A DNA stretch of 52,691 bases from a virus (lineage: Duplodnaviria > Heunggongvirae > Uroviricota > Caudoviricetes): the IMG/VR virus record IMGVR_UViG_2872174743_000006, positions 1-52,691 of that record; one strand, given 5' to 3'. The position numbers were made by a program, and so were the translations under genes. Below the pieces are notes generated by a model that saw only the letters and a list, made by a program, of their open reading frames with translations, was not told where the DNA came from and made no database searches. Shown piece by piece: positions 30,677 to 39,599 of this stretch; positions within the stretch are counted from its first letter, which is position 1; each line of letters starts with the position of its first letter.

Positions 30677-30974
30677 TTCACCACCAGCGTATCTGACCGA
30701 TGAAATAACCGGAGGCCATAATCACAAACACCAGCCAGATAAGAATGAACTTCCAGGTGGATAATTTTTCAGCCATCACTCGAATCTCCCGAATCAGTTT
30801 GCTAAAATCAAACACACTTTCTCCTTTGACTTTTCCAGAGTCAGGAAACACAAAACCCCGCTTGCAGCCAACAAACGGGTTTTTTACTTTTATTCACTTA
30901 GTTTTTGTCAGTTCGCAGGATTTCGTGTTATCCGTCCGTGTAAGCAAACCGCATTTTTCAGCAAAATATTCTGC

Positions 30975-31508
30975 TTATCTGTCGATACCCCAGCACGCCA
31001 GCGCGCTCTCCTGGTCACGACGGGATACCTGACCGTAGCAGTTGTTTGAACGAATACGGCAGTCTCTGCCACCGTCCTTAATCCACCAGCGAATCGCCTC
31101 ACACGCTCCCCTGCGATCACCTGCATTAATTCGTTTATAAAACGTCGACGGGAAACACTTACCGGGACCAATGTTGTACGGACAGAATGACGCGATCCCC
31201 GCTTTCTGGGGTTCGCTCAATGGCACTCTGATGTTTTTCTCCACCCATGCCAGCGCCTTATCACGCTCAATGGCGTTAACCCGGTCGCATTTTTCCTTCG
31301 ACAACTTCATGCCCGGAACGACAGGTTTGCCATCCACCAGGATGGCACCGCGGCAGATGGTCCAGATACCCGCGCCATCACGGTATGCCGTGGTGTGGTT
31401 ACCTTCCTTTTCATCCAGAAACTGGTCGAGAATGTCAGGCGCAGGCGCACCAGCGGCAATCAGCGCCAGAACGGCAGCCGACAGGCCGTATTTGATTTTG
31501 GTGTTCAT
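30975..31508 (-). CDS. R: SAR endolysin (lysozyme)
   Basis: 177-aa ORF with N-terminal signal-anchor-release segment MNTKIKYGLSAAVLALIAAGAPAPD and lysozyme-like body. Confidence 0.8.
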   Translation of the reverse strand: MNTKIKYGLSAAVLALIAAGAPAPDILDQFLDEKEGNHTTAYRDGAGIWTICRGAILVDGKPVVPGMKLSKEKCDRVNAIERDKALAWVEKNIRVPLSEPQKAGIASFCPYNIGPGKCFPSTFYKRINAGDRRGACEAIRWWIKDGGRDCRIRSNNCYGQVSRRDQESALACWGIDR

Positions 31509-31711
31509 GGATATATTAAATATTCAGCCGCTGTCCCTGGCCCACTAAATACGCACTTTAAGATAAGTCAGCCCCGGATGAAGCCAGTAAGCCGGCACTT
31601 TTTTAAAGGGTGGAGTATTAAAATCACGAAGAAGAGCCTCCCGCACAATTGCATCCGGTAATGCTGCCAACTTACTGATTTAGTGTATGATGGTGATTTT
31701 AAGGTGCTTGC

Positions 31712-31987
31712 GTGGCTTCCATTTCCATCAGATGTCCTTCCTGCTCCGCTACTGAAGGCGTGGTGCGTAACGGCAAAAGCACTGCCGGACATCAGCGCTA
31801 TCTCTGCTCTCATTGCCGTAAAACATGGCAACTACAGTTCACTTACACCGCCTCTCAGCCCGGTACGCACCAGAAAATCATTGATATGGCCATGAATGGC
31901 GTCGGATGTCGCGCCAGTGCACGCATTATGGGCGTTGGCCTCAACACGGTTTTACGTCACTTAAAAAACTCAGGCCGCAGTCGGTAA
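31712..31987 (+). CDS. insA: IS1 InsA
   Basis: 91-aa [42 protein letters not shown]... Confidence 0.85.
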   Translation: MASISIRCPSCSATEGVVRNGKSTAGHQRYLCSHCRKTWQLQFTYTASQPGTHQKIIDMAMNGVGCRASARIMGVGLNTVLRHLKNSGRSR

Positions 31988-32031
31988 CCTCGCGCATACA
32001 ACCGGGCAGTGATGTGATTGTCTGCGCTGAA

Positions 32032-32409
32032 ATGGACGAACAGTGGGGCTACGTCGGTGCTAAATCACGTCAGCGCTGGCTGTTTTACGCGTATGACAGG
32101 ATACGGAGGACGGTTGTGGCGCACGTCTTCGGTGAACGCACTCTGGCCACACTGGAGCGTCTTCTGAGCCTGCTGTCGGCCTTTGAGGTCGTGGTATGGA
32201 TGACGGATGGCTGGCCGCTGTATGAATCACGCCTGAAGGGAAAGCTGCACGTTATCAGCAAGCGTTACACTCAGCGCATTGAGCGACATAATCTGAATCT
32301 GAGACAACATCTGGCAAGGCTGGGACGGAAGTCACTGTCGTTCTCAAAATCGGTGGAGCTGCATGACAAGGTCATCGGGCATTATCTGAACATAAAACAC
32401 TATCAGTAA
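32032..32409 (+). CDS. insB: IS1 InsB frame
   Basis: [22 protein letters not shown]...; Met chosen inside ORF 31906-32409. Confidence 0.8.
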   Translation: MDEQWGYVGAKSRQRWLFYAYDRIRRTVVAHVFGERTLATLERLLSLLSAFEVVVWMTDGWPLYESRLKGKLHVISKRYTQRIERHNLNLRQHLARLGRKSLSFSKSVELHDKVIGHYLNIKHYQ

Positions 32410-33131
32410 GTTGGAGTCATTACCATTGCATCCTTATCAGCACCACTGGCCAGCGCTTCAATCTCAGCAGCTATCTGCAGATATCCCATGCAACGACCAA
32501 TGCACTTCATCAGCCCCTGCTTTTTATTGTTCTTCAGGTAATCAATGGCAAATTCAATGAGCGCCTCACTATGCTGGTGCGATGGCGGTGTTAATTTCCC
32601 ATTTTCTGAGATGGTTATTTTCCCGCCATCTCCGTATACAACAAAGGATGGCCGGTTACACTCCCATTCCTGATCTTTATCAGGTGCAGACGCAATAAAA
32701 TAACGTTTATTTCCTTCCTCTCCGGCACTTTTAACCGTAATGGAGTACTCAGACTGCAGACAAGACGCCTCTTTTTCTGACCGCAGTGTTGACGGCGGCA
32801 TCTTCAGAGAACAAGTAATTATTCCCGGTAGTTTTCCTCTGTAGGTTATCAACACATCCTGCGCCTCTAAAATGATGGGGCGCTTTTCCTGCAACGGTTC
32901 GTTCCCTTCACATAACCCGGCAGCAACATCCATGAAAAACTGCTTCGCCTGCTTTTTCGCCTCCGCTTCGTAAAACTCCAGCTTGGCACCTTCAGTACGG
33001 TCAAGACTAATCGCCACATATGGCAACAACAGTGACGGATACCCACCAATTTCCAGTGCCACAGTAACAGTAATCTTATCCGGGTAATTATTTATCCCTT
33101 TAACAACCAGTTCGTATTTTTTCTTCATCAC
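32403..33131 (-). pseudogene. unknown lysis-cassette gene (native about 270 aa) with 3' end displaced by IS1
   Basis: Last 7 codons lie inside IS1; joining across the target duplication restores an in-frame tail ...ADKDAIVREALLRDFNTPPFKKVPAYWLHPGLTYLKVRI ending near 31553; no recognisable family. Confidence 0.45.
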
Positions 33132-33132
33132 T

Positions 33133-33348
33133 TTACTCTCCCCGTACAGCCTTACGACGGTCCTCTCTGATTTTGAAATACAGGTTAGTCAGATATGTCA
33201 GCAGCCCAAACAGCAGACTCCCCAGCACGCCTATTGCCGCCCACTGAGACGGGGAAACCCTGTCCAGCAACTGCAGGAACCAGTAGCCCGTTCCCACCGC
33301 TGACGTGGTGTATGACACACCTGTTGTGATTTTTTCCATCTGGTACAT
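33133..33348 (-). CDS. S: class II holin (S21-like pinholin) with dual-start motif
   Basis: Start set at [10 protein letters not shown] (ATG 33346-33348); two TM segments; ends ...[18 protein letters not shown] like phage 21 S. Confidence 0.75.
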   Translation of the reverse strand: MYQMEKITTGVSYTTSAVGTGYWFLQLLDRVSPSQWAAIGVLGSLLFGLLTYLTNLYFKIREDRRKAVRGE

Positions 33349-33498
33349 ACCCCGTCTCCCGTTATCCGGAAGCTGACAACAATAAAAAAAGCCACCAGTT
33401 AAGTACTGATGGCTCTGATAACTCATGCAGGCATCTCAGACGACCCACTGACACTACCGGTGAGTTTAACGATACCTTCCATTTGACTGGCTCACTTT

Positions 33499-35121
33499 TT
33501 ATGATGATGCCGGTGCATTTATCTCCAGCACCAGACTTTCTATCTCAACGCCATACGCTGCATTTTTGGTAATATCCGTCAGCGTCAGTGCATTTAGTCC
33601 CACTGCCAGACTGTCTTTTATGGCCTGGAATGCCGGGCCAGCCACTCCATTCAGTTTCGGAGTAACCGTGGCACTGCCGGCGGTGAACACCAGCTCCAGC
33701 GTCTGCCAGTCGTTACTGTAATTCCCGAACTCGCCCAACTTTGTGTTTCCGGCTTTCTTGTGATGCATCAGATTCCGTTTGCCGTCTGTGGTCTGGGTGA
33801 AGAACGACATCAGGAACGGGTTACCAGTCCCGGTCATCGCCACGACGTCAGGTAACGCTACATCGGTATACAGATAAATTCCCAGACCGAACTGATTGTT
33901 GGTCAGTGCGCCTGACAGTCGAAACTTACAGCTCAGTCTGCCACCCCGTGTCAGCAGGGAGACTGCGTCATCCACCGGGCGCGTCAGGGACCAGGCTTTA
34001 TTGCTCTGCTTGGCGATCTTAAATACACCACCCGACAACTGAATTCCGCCGTCCTTAATGGTCCAGCCCTGCGCAGCAGCCTCTCCGGCTGTCGGCAGCA
34101 GGGAGATTGTGCGAACGGACGTATCTGCAGACGGACCCGATGGCGTGTCGCCGCCGGGCGAGGGTTTGATTTCCGGTGCCTTACCACTGATGAAGGCTGA
34201 GGTGCGCCCGGCTGCGTTCAGAATAGCGGTTGCCATACGATCGGGAATAATGCCACGACGCGCCCATGAGCTGAAATTTGTCGGGCGATTTGATGATACC
34301 CAGTTTTTGTTCGTTCGGGATGCCGAACCGTAATAACCAGACCCGACAATATCAGGATCTTCTGACGGGTTGTTTGTCGGTGTATTAACTCCGCTACCAT
34401 CGGTCATAAAGGGAACAAAATAAATCTGCTGGGATTCTTTACCTTTATATGCACCATATACCACTTCATATTGCGTACCGTGTTCTTGTTTCCACGCGTA
34501 TGTCGTGTCGCCACAAATCCAGGGGACTGTTGCCGGACTTCCACCGTGACACTGCGCCGCCAGCCCGGCAAGGTCAGCACGGAACTGCTGTACCATTGCA
34601 AGAAATGCTGCTGGCTGCTGGGCGTAACTGGCATTCGTCATATCGAATTCCCCCTGCATCCAGCATATCGCCAGCAAAACGTTTTTCGGGTTTTTCTGCA
34701 ATGCTGCCTTCGTGCGGAAAAGCAGATCCTGATATAACGGCTTACCCACTCCCCAGCGAGCCGAATCCTGACTGGCCCCCGTGGACTCGCTGAATGTCCC
34801 CTCCGTGCCCTGGGTGAATGCAGAACCACCACGGCAGCACGGAACCAGAAGAATACCGGCATTCGCCGGAATAAACGGCAACAATTTCTTCGCGATATGT
34901 AATCCCTGCCCCACGCATCCATACTGAGCTGCGCTGGCTTTCGGGTGTGAAAACTTACTCAAATCCTGAACATCATGCAGGCAGTGGTCCGCAGGAATAA
35001 TGTCATTGTAGTTACAGGACGCACCACCCGGCGTGACAGTGCTGCGACGCGCCAGCTGTTTAATACGCGGGTCCGGACGGTCATATGTCTCCGGCAGCGG
35101 AAGCCCTTCACCGTAAGCCAT
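33499..35121 (-). CDS. NanS-p-like sialate 9-O-acetylesterase (SASA domain)
   Basis: 540-aa ORF at the position this gene occupies downstream of the stx locus in Stx-phage backbones, preceded by a DUF1737 ORF. Confidence 0.65.
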   Translation of the reverse strand: MAYGEGLPLPETYDRPDPRIKQLARRSTVTPGGASCNYNDIIPADHCLHDVQDLSKFSHPKASAAQYGCVGQGLHIAKKLLPFIPANAGILLVPCCRGGSAFTQGTEGTFSESTGASQDSARWGVGKPLYQDLLFRTKAALQKNPKNVLLAICWMQGEFDMTNASYAQQPAAFLAMVQQFRADLAGLAAQCHGGSPATVPWICGDTTYAWKQEHGTQYEVVYGAYKGKESQQIYFVPFMTDGSGVNTPTNNPSEDPDIVGSGYYGSASRTNKNWVSSNRPTNFSSWARRGIIPDRMATAILNAAGRTSAFISGKAPEIKPSPGGDTPSGPSADTSVRTISLLPTAGEAAAQGWTIKDGGIQLSGGVFKIAKQSNKAWSLTRPVDDAVSLLTRGGRLSCKFRLSGALTNNQFGLGIYLYTDVALPDVVAMTGTGNPFLMSFFTQTTDGKRNLMHHKKAGNTKLGEFGNYSNDWQTLELVFTAGSATVTPKLNGVAGPAFQAIKDSLAVGLNALTLTDITKNAAYGVEIESLVLEINAPASS

Positions 35122-35154
35122 GGCATTGGACTGCCCGGCCAGGGCAACAACAAA

Positions 35155-35388
35155 TTAATACTCCGGGTTGCTGGTGGTGCTGATAACTGCGCCTTCTCCA
35201 TCCGACGGCTTCACCACCACAGGTGTGGTGACATCACCTTCCGCCGCAATGGCCTGCATCAGGGTATAAGGCGTGATGGCCACCGGACTGCCAAATGGCT
35301 GCCACCCCTCCTTCAGTTTTTGTGTCAGTCGCTCCGCAAGGTCTGACGGCGACGCCGCCCTGACCACGTCATAGTGTTTAAATGCCAT
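35155..35388 (-). CDS. DUF1737 small protein
   Basis: 77-aa ORF MAFKHYDVVRAASPSDLAERLTQKLKEGWQPFGSPV... directly upstream of the esterase. Confidence 0.55.
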   Translation of the reverse strand: MAFKHYDVVRAASPSDLAERLTQKLKEGWQPFGSPVAITPYTLMQAIAAEGDVTTPVVVKPSDGEGAVISTTSNPEY

Positions 35389-35850
35389 AAATCCTCCCGG
35401 CCTGGATAATATTGTGAGTAAAATGAGGAGCGGGCTGAAGTCCGGAAGTTACAGGACAATGGCAGAAGATAGACAACAGCCCGCAATATGAAAAAGGCCG
35501 CGCTATTGCGCAGAGTGATTACTGTCGGATATTATTCACCAGCTGAAATATTACTTCACGTTTTGTTGTTTATTCCTTGCCGCCCGCGTCTCCCAGCGCG
35601 GGCTTTTTTTGTCCATAAGAAAGCCCCTCCGGAGAGGGGCTGGAGAGTGGCGCTATGTGCCATTGCATGGTGCCGGGTGCCTCCCGGTGAGTTCAGTATC
35701 AGCACCTGAACCCGCACAGAAAGGATAAGGGTCGGTGACAAAACACCAGTTGCTGATTGCCCCTCCGCACAGGGGGATTCACCATGCCAGTTTCTTTTAA
35801 CAAACTCCCCGCAAACCAGACAACAGTCAACCGCCTGAATTGTGAGACAT

Positions 35851-35876
35851 TTAAAAAAAAGCCCGCAAAAGCGAGC
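35851..35876 (-). terminator. rho-independent terminator after the tRNA cluster
   Basis: Minus strand GGCTCGC TTTT GCGGGC followed by TTTTTTTT. Confidence 0.45.
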
Positions 35877-35889
35877 CAGGGAAAATAAG

Positions 35890-35966
35890 TGTGGCGCGTT
35901 CTACTGTATTCGAACCAGTGACCGATTGCTTAGAAGGCAATTGCTCTGTCCGGCTGAGCTAACAAC
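35890..35966 (-). tRNA. tRNA-Arg (anticodon UCU), argU-like
   Basis: Cloverleaf readable by hand: TAGCTCAG...GAGC D-arm, anticodon loop CTTCTAA, TTCGAAT T-loop, encoded CCA; one acceptor and one T-stem mismatch. Confidence 0.55.
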
Positions 35967-35979
35967 GCAGGATACAGAT

Positions 35980-36056
35980 AATGAACCGCCTTCGGGGACC
36001 CGAACTCCGCGCAACCAGCTTCGAAGGCTGGCGCTCTTTCCTGATGAGCTAATGGC
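35980..36056 (-). tRNA. tRNA-Arg-like (anticodon UCG), possibly degenerate
   Basis: D-arm and anticodon arm (loop CTTCGAA) canonical, but T-loop reads TTCGGGT, stems have mismatches and the 3' end reads TCA not CCA. Confidence 0.4.
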
Positions 36057-36063
36057 GGTATGT

Positions 36064-36139
36064 GATGGTGGCCCTTGCTGGATTTGAACCAGCGACCTGG
36101 CGATTATGAGTCGCTCGCTCTCACCACTGAGCTAAAGGG
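36064..36139 (-). tRNA. tRNA-Ile2 (anticodon CAU), ileX/ileZ-like
   Basis: GGCCCTTTAGCTCAGTGGTGAGAGCGAGCGACTCATAATCGCCAGGTCGCTGGTTCAAATCCAGCAAGGGCCACCA; closely resembles E. coli tRNA-Ile(CAU) as recalled. Confidence 0.7.
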
Positions 36140-36190
36140 CCGGGAGCAAAATAATAATGGTGCGTAATTAATTCTGCAATCTCATCCGTT

Positions 36191-37240
36191 TCAAACGATT
36201 AAATCCTGAACTTCCCTGACTGTCTGCTCAAAACGTCCGGTCTCCAGTTCAACGCCAATCGCACGACGCCCGAGCGCCAGTGCCGCTTTTACCGTTGAAC
36301 CTGAGCCCATAAAAAAATCTGCAACCTGGTCTCCCGGACGACTGCTCGCGTTGATTATCTGCTGCAACATTTCTGCCGTTTTTTCGCACGGATGTTTCCC
36401 TGGATAGTACTGCACCGGTTTATACGTCCACACATCGGTGTACGGCACCTGCACCGTCACACCGAAATACCTCCGCAAATTTTTATATTCACTCTGCAGC
36501 TCCACATACTGCCGGCTCAGCTCACTGTATGTGCTGACCAGTTGGTAATGGGACTTTTCCAGTTCTCCCCGCTGATGTTTCTCTTCTGCCACCCGGGCAA
36601 ACAGCGACTGTAATTTCAGATAATCGCTTTCGTTCGGTAGCTGCCACTGACTGGCACTGAACCAGTGCGACACCATGTTTTTCTTTCCTGTGGCATCTGC
36701 AATCTGTTTTGCCGTTATCCCCAGGGCAGCTCGCGCATCACGAAAGTAAGCAATCAGCGGGGCCATCACATGCTGTTTCAGTACCCTGCCCTTCGCCTCA
36801 TAGCCATCATCTTTCGGGCGGTACGGCCCCTGATAATGTTCCGCGAACAGAATGCGCTCTGTGGCGGGGAAATACGCCCGCAGGCTTTCCTTGTTGCACC
36901 CGTTCCAGCGTCCGGACGGCTTTGCCCAGATAATATGGTTCAGCACACTGAAGCGTTCACGCATCATGATTTCGATATCAGATGCCAGGCGATGACCACA
37001 GAACAGGTAAAGACTTCCGGCAGGTTTCAGCACCCGCCAGAACTGCGCCAGACACTGGTCCAGCCACTTCAGGTAATCATCGTCGCCCTTCCACTGGTTA
37101 TCCCAGCCCTCAGGCTTCACTTTAAAGTACGGCGGGTCCGTGACTATCAGGTCAACAGAATTTTCGGGTAACGACCGGATAAATTCCAGGCAGTCGGCGT
37201 TGATTAACTCACAACTGGATATTTTTACAGTATTAGCCAT
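36191..37240 (-). CDS. DNA methyltransferase (N6-adenine/N4-cytosine family, DPPY motif), orphan
   Basis: 349-aa ORF with DLIVTDPPY motif and C-terminal SAM-binding FFMGSGST; no restriction endonuclease gene adjacent. Confidence 0.7.
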   Translation of the reverse strand: MANTVKISSCELINADCLEFIRSLPENSVDLIVTDPPYFKVKPEGWDNQWKGDDDYLKWLDQCLAQFWRVLKPAGSLYLFCGHRLASDIEIMMRERFSVLNHIIWAKPSGRWNGCNKESLRAYFPATERILFAEHYQGPYRPKDDGYEAKGRVLKQHVMAPLIAYFRDARAALGITAKQIADATGKKNMVSHWFSASQWQLPNESDYLKLQSLFARVAEEKHQRGELEKSHYQLVSTYSELSRQYVELQSEYKNLRRYFGVTVQVPYTDVWTYKPVQYYPGKHPCEKTAEMLQQIINASSRPGDQVADFFMGSGSTVKAALALGRRAIGVELETGRFEQTVREVQDLIV

Positions 37241-37391
37241 AGATCAATAAGCACTTCTCTGATAGGCTCATACCGCTTTTGCGCAAAGCAGATGGGCCTG
37301 AGGTTTGCTTGTGACCCCAACGCATGAGCAGATGGCTGGTGGGTGCCCCTAACACCCACCAGCCGCCCATTTACCACAAATAAAAAAGCCT

Positions 37392-37676
37392 TCACTGCGG
37401 AAGGCGTCTGTAACAACCGAACTGATAGTCTGCCAGACCCGCCATAACCAGCTGGGTCAGTATTAACTGGCAGCGTTCGCGTGAAAGGTAAGTATTCTGC
37501 GCAATCTCCCCGACTGTCGCCGGTTCGGTGACGCTTAATTCATTAAACACCACTCTGGCGGTTTCTGTCATATCCTGCTGTTTCAGCATGTCTTTTTCCC
37601 TTTTCCGGTTAACGTGACACACCAATAACTCTTGTCGAAAAAGCCAGCAAGCTGAAAGACAGGTATTCACCGCCAC
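37392..37676 (-). CDS. hypothetical small protein, possible winged-helix
   Basis: 94-aa ORF (alternative start MLKQQDM at about 37589); stop overlaps a minus-strand hairpin plus T-run. Confidence 0.35.
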   Translation of the reverse strand: MAVNTCLSACWLFRQELLVCHVNRKREKDMLKQQDMTETARVVFNELSVTEPATVGEIAQNTYLSRERCQLILTQLVMAGLADYQFGCYRRLPQ

Positions 37677-37937
37677 CAGCGCGTTTACTGTACTGACGCG
37701 ATTTCAGTCATAAAAAACCCGCCAGGCGGCAGGTTTAAGCTGTATGACGGAGTGACCAATCTTAACAGATTAAGATGGTTTTTGTTATAACACAAATCAT
37801 TTCCTCGGTATCTTTATATCCCTTATGTTTCAATCGCCATAGATACTAGACTGGCCCCCTGAATCTCCAGACAACCAGTATCACTTAAATAAGTGATAGT
37901 CTTAATACTAGTTTTTAGACTAGTCATTGGAGTACAG

Positions 37938-38303
37938 ATGATTGATGTCTTAGGGCCGGAGAAACGCAGACGGCGTACCACACAGGAAAAGATCGCAATT
38001 GTTCAGCAGAGCTTTGAACCGGGGATGACGGTCTCCCTCGTTGCCCGGCAACATGGTGTAGCAGCCAGCCAGTTATTTCTCTGGCGTAAGCAATACCAGG
38101 AAGGAAGTCTTACTGCTGTGGCCGCCGGAGAACAGGTTGTTCCTGCCTCTGAACTTGCTGCCGCCATGAAGCAGATTAAAGAACTCCAGCGCCTGCTCGG
38201 CAAGAAAACGATGGAAAATGAACTCCTCAAAGAAGCCGTTGAATATGGACGGGCAAAAAAGTGGATAGCGCACGCGCCCTTATTGCCCGGGGATGGGGAG
38301 TAA
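37938..38303 (+). CDS. insC: IS2 InsC (OrfA)
   Basis: [47 protein letters not shown]... Confidence 0.85.
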
Positions 38304-39166
38304 GCTTAGTCAGCCGTTGTCTCCGGGTGTCGCGTGCGCAGTTGCACGTCATTCTCAGACGAACCGATGACTGGATGGATGGCCGCCGCAGTCGTCACAC
38401 TGATGATACGGATGTGCTTCTCCGTATACACCATGTTATCGGAGAGCTGCCCACGTATGGTTATCGTCGGGTATGGGCGCTGCTTCGCAGACAGGCAGAA
38501 CTTGATGGTATGCCTGCGATCAATGCCAAACGTGTTTACCGGATCATGCGCCAGAATGCGCTGTTGCTTGAGCGAAAGCCTGCTGTACCGCCATCGAAAC
38601 GGGCACATACAGGCAGAGTGGCCGTGAAAGAAAGCAATCAGCGATGGTGCTCTGACGGGTTCGAGTTCTGCTGTGATAACGGAGAGAGACTGCGTGTCAC
38701 GTTCGCGCTGGACTGCTGTGATCGTGAGGCACTGCACTGGGCGGTGACTACCGGTGGCTTCAACAGTGAAACAGTACAGGACGTCATGCTGGGAGCGGTG
38801 GAACGCCGCTTCGGCAACGATCTTCCGTCGTCTCCAGTGGAGTGGCTGACGGATAATGGTTCATGCTACCGGGCTAATGAAACACGCCAGTTCGCCCGGA
38901 TGTTGGGACTTGAACCGAAGAACACGGCGGTGCGGAGTCCGGAGAGTAACGGAATAGCAGAGAGCTTCGTGAAAACGATAAAGCGTGACTACATCAGTAT
39001 CATGCCCAAACCAGACGGGTTAACGGCAGCAAAGAACCTTGCAGAGGCGTTCGAGCATTATAACGAATGGCATCCGCATAGTGCGCTGGGTTATCGCTCG
39101 CCACGGGAATATCTGCGGCAGCGGGCTTGTAATGGGTTAAGTGATAACAGATGTCTGGAAATATAG
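38261..39166 (+). CDS. insD: IS2 InsD (OrfB transposase)
   Basis: 301-aa ORF with IS3-family DDE region, ending ...[16 protein letters not shown]. Confidence 0.85.
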
Positions 39167-39189
39167 GGGCAAATCCAGTAACTGTTCAT

Positions 39190-39597
39190 TTATCTTGAAT
39201 CATTTTCGTGATTCATATAGCAATCCATTTCTAAAGATACCTCGAGCATTGCCAGACACCCTTCAACAAACCCTTCAGCTTTCTGCAATCTAATAACAAC
39301 TTGATTAAGCGATATCCCCATTTTCGCCCCTAACGCTCGTAATGTGATCCCATATACATAATACATTTCCAGTAATTGGTATTGATATGGTTCCTTTTTC
39401 TTGAGAACTGCCATAACTGAACTAATGATAAGACCATCATCATCGCAACATTGCGGTCGATATTTTACTTTTGAGGGGATGAGGCCTTTAAACCCCGCAG
39501 CAATTGGCGACCAACTAACATTCTCATGATTATTTGCCGCCCATGCTCCCCAGCGTTCGAGAACCATCTGAATATCACGCATCAACTTTCTCCACAA
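39190..39597 (-). CDS. Q: late-gene antiterminator Q (phage 82/21-type family)
   Basis: 135-aa [23 protein letters not shown]...RPQCCDDD...[16 protein letters not shown]..., at the Q position. Confidence 0.65.
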   Translation of the reverse strand: MWRKLMRDIQMVLERWGAWAANNHENVSWSPIAAGFKGLIPSKVKYRPQCCDDDGLIISSVMAVLKKKEPYQYQLLEMYYVYGITLRALGAKMGISLNQVVIRLQKAEGFVEGCLAMLEVSLEMDCYMNHENDSR

Positions 39598-39599
39598 AA

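Larger units (their letters stand above)
31657..32424 (+). mobile_element. IS1 copy 2 (768 bp) with 9-bp target site duplication ATTGCATCC
   Basis: Ends GGTAATGCTGCCAACTTACTGAT...GGAGTCATTACC; identical 9-mers at 31648-31656 and 32425-32433; same orientation as copy 1. Confidence 0.9.
37847..39178 (+). mobile_element. IS2 (about 1.33 kb) inserted 11 bp downstream of the Q stop
   Basis: Left end TAGACTGGCCCCCTGAATCTCCAGACAACC..., right end ...GGAAATATAGGGGCAAATCCA; insC and insD inside; ends are to within about 2 bp. Confidence 0.85.

Noticed and set aside
2063-32424. Composite transposon formed by the two IS1 copies
   Set aside because: Each copy has its own 9-bp target duplication and the intervening DNA is syntenic phage late genes, so these are two separate insertions.
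35488-35709. 73-codon plus-strand ORF in the empty toxin locus
   Set aside because: Contains an intrinsic terminator hairpin; not a Shiga toxin subunit or any recognisable protein.
35389-35889. Shiga toxin genes stxA/stxB
   Set aside because: Looked for because the flanking backbone is Stx-phage-like; the gap is only about 500 bp with no ORF of appropriate size.
36665-37171. 168-codon plus-strand ORF antisense to the DNA methyltransferase
   Set aside because: Overlap artefact; the minus-strand ORF carries the DPPY and SAM-binding motifs.
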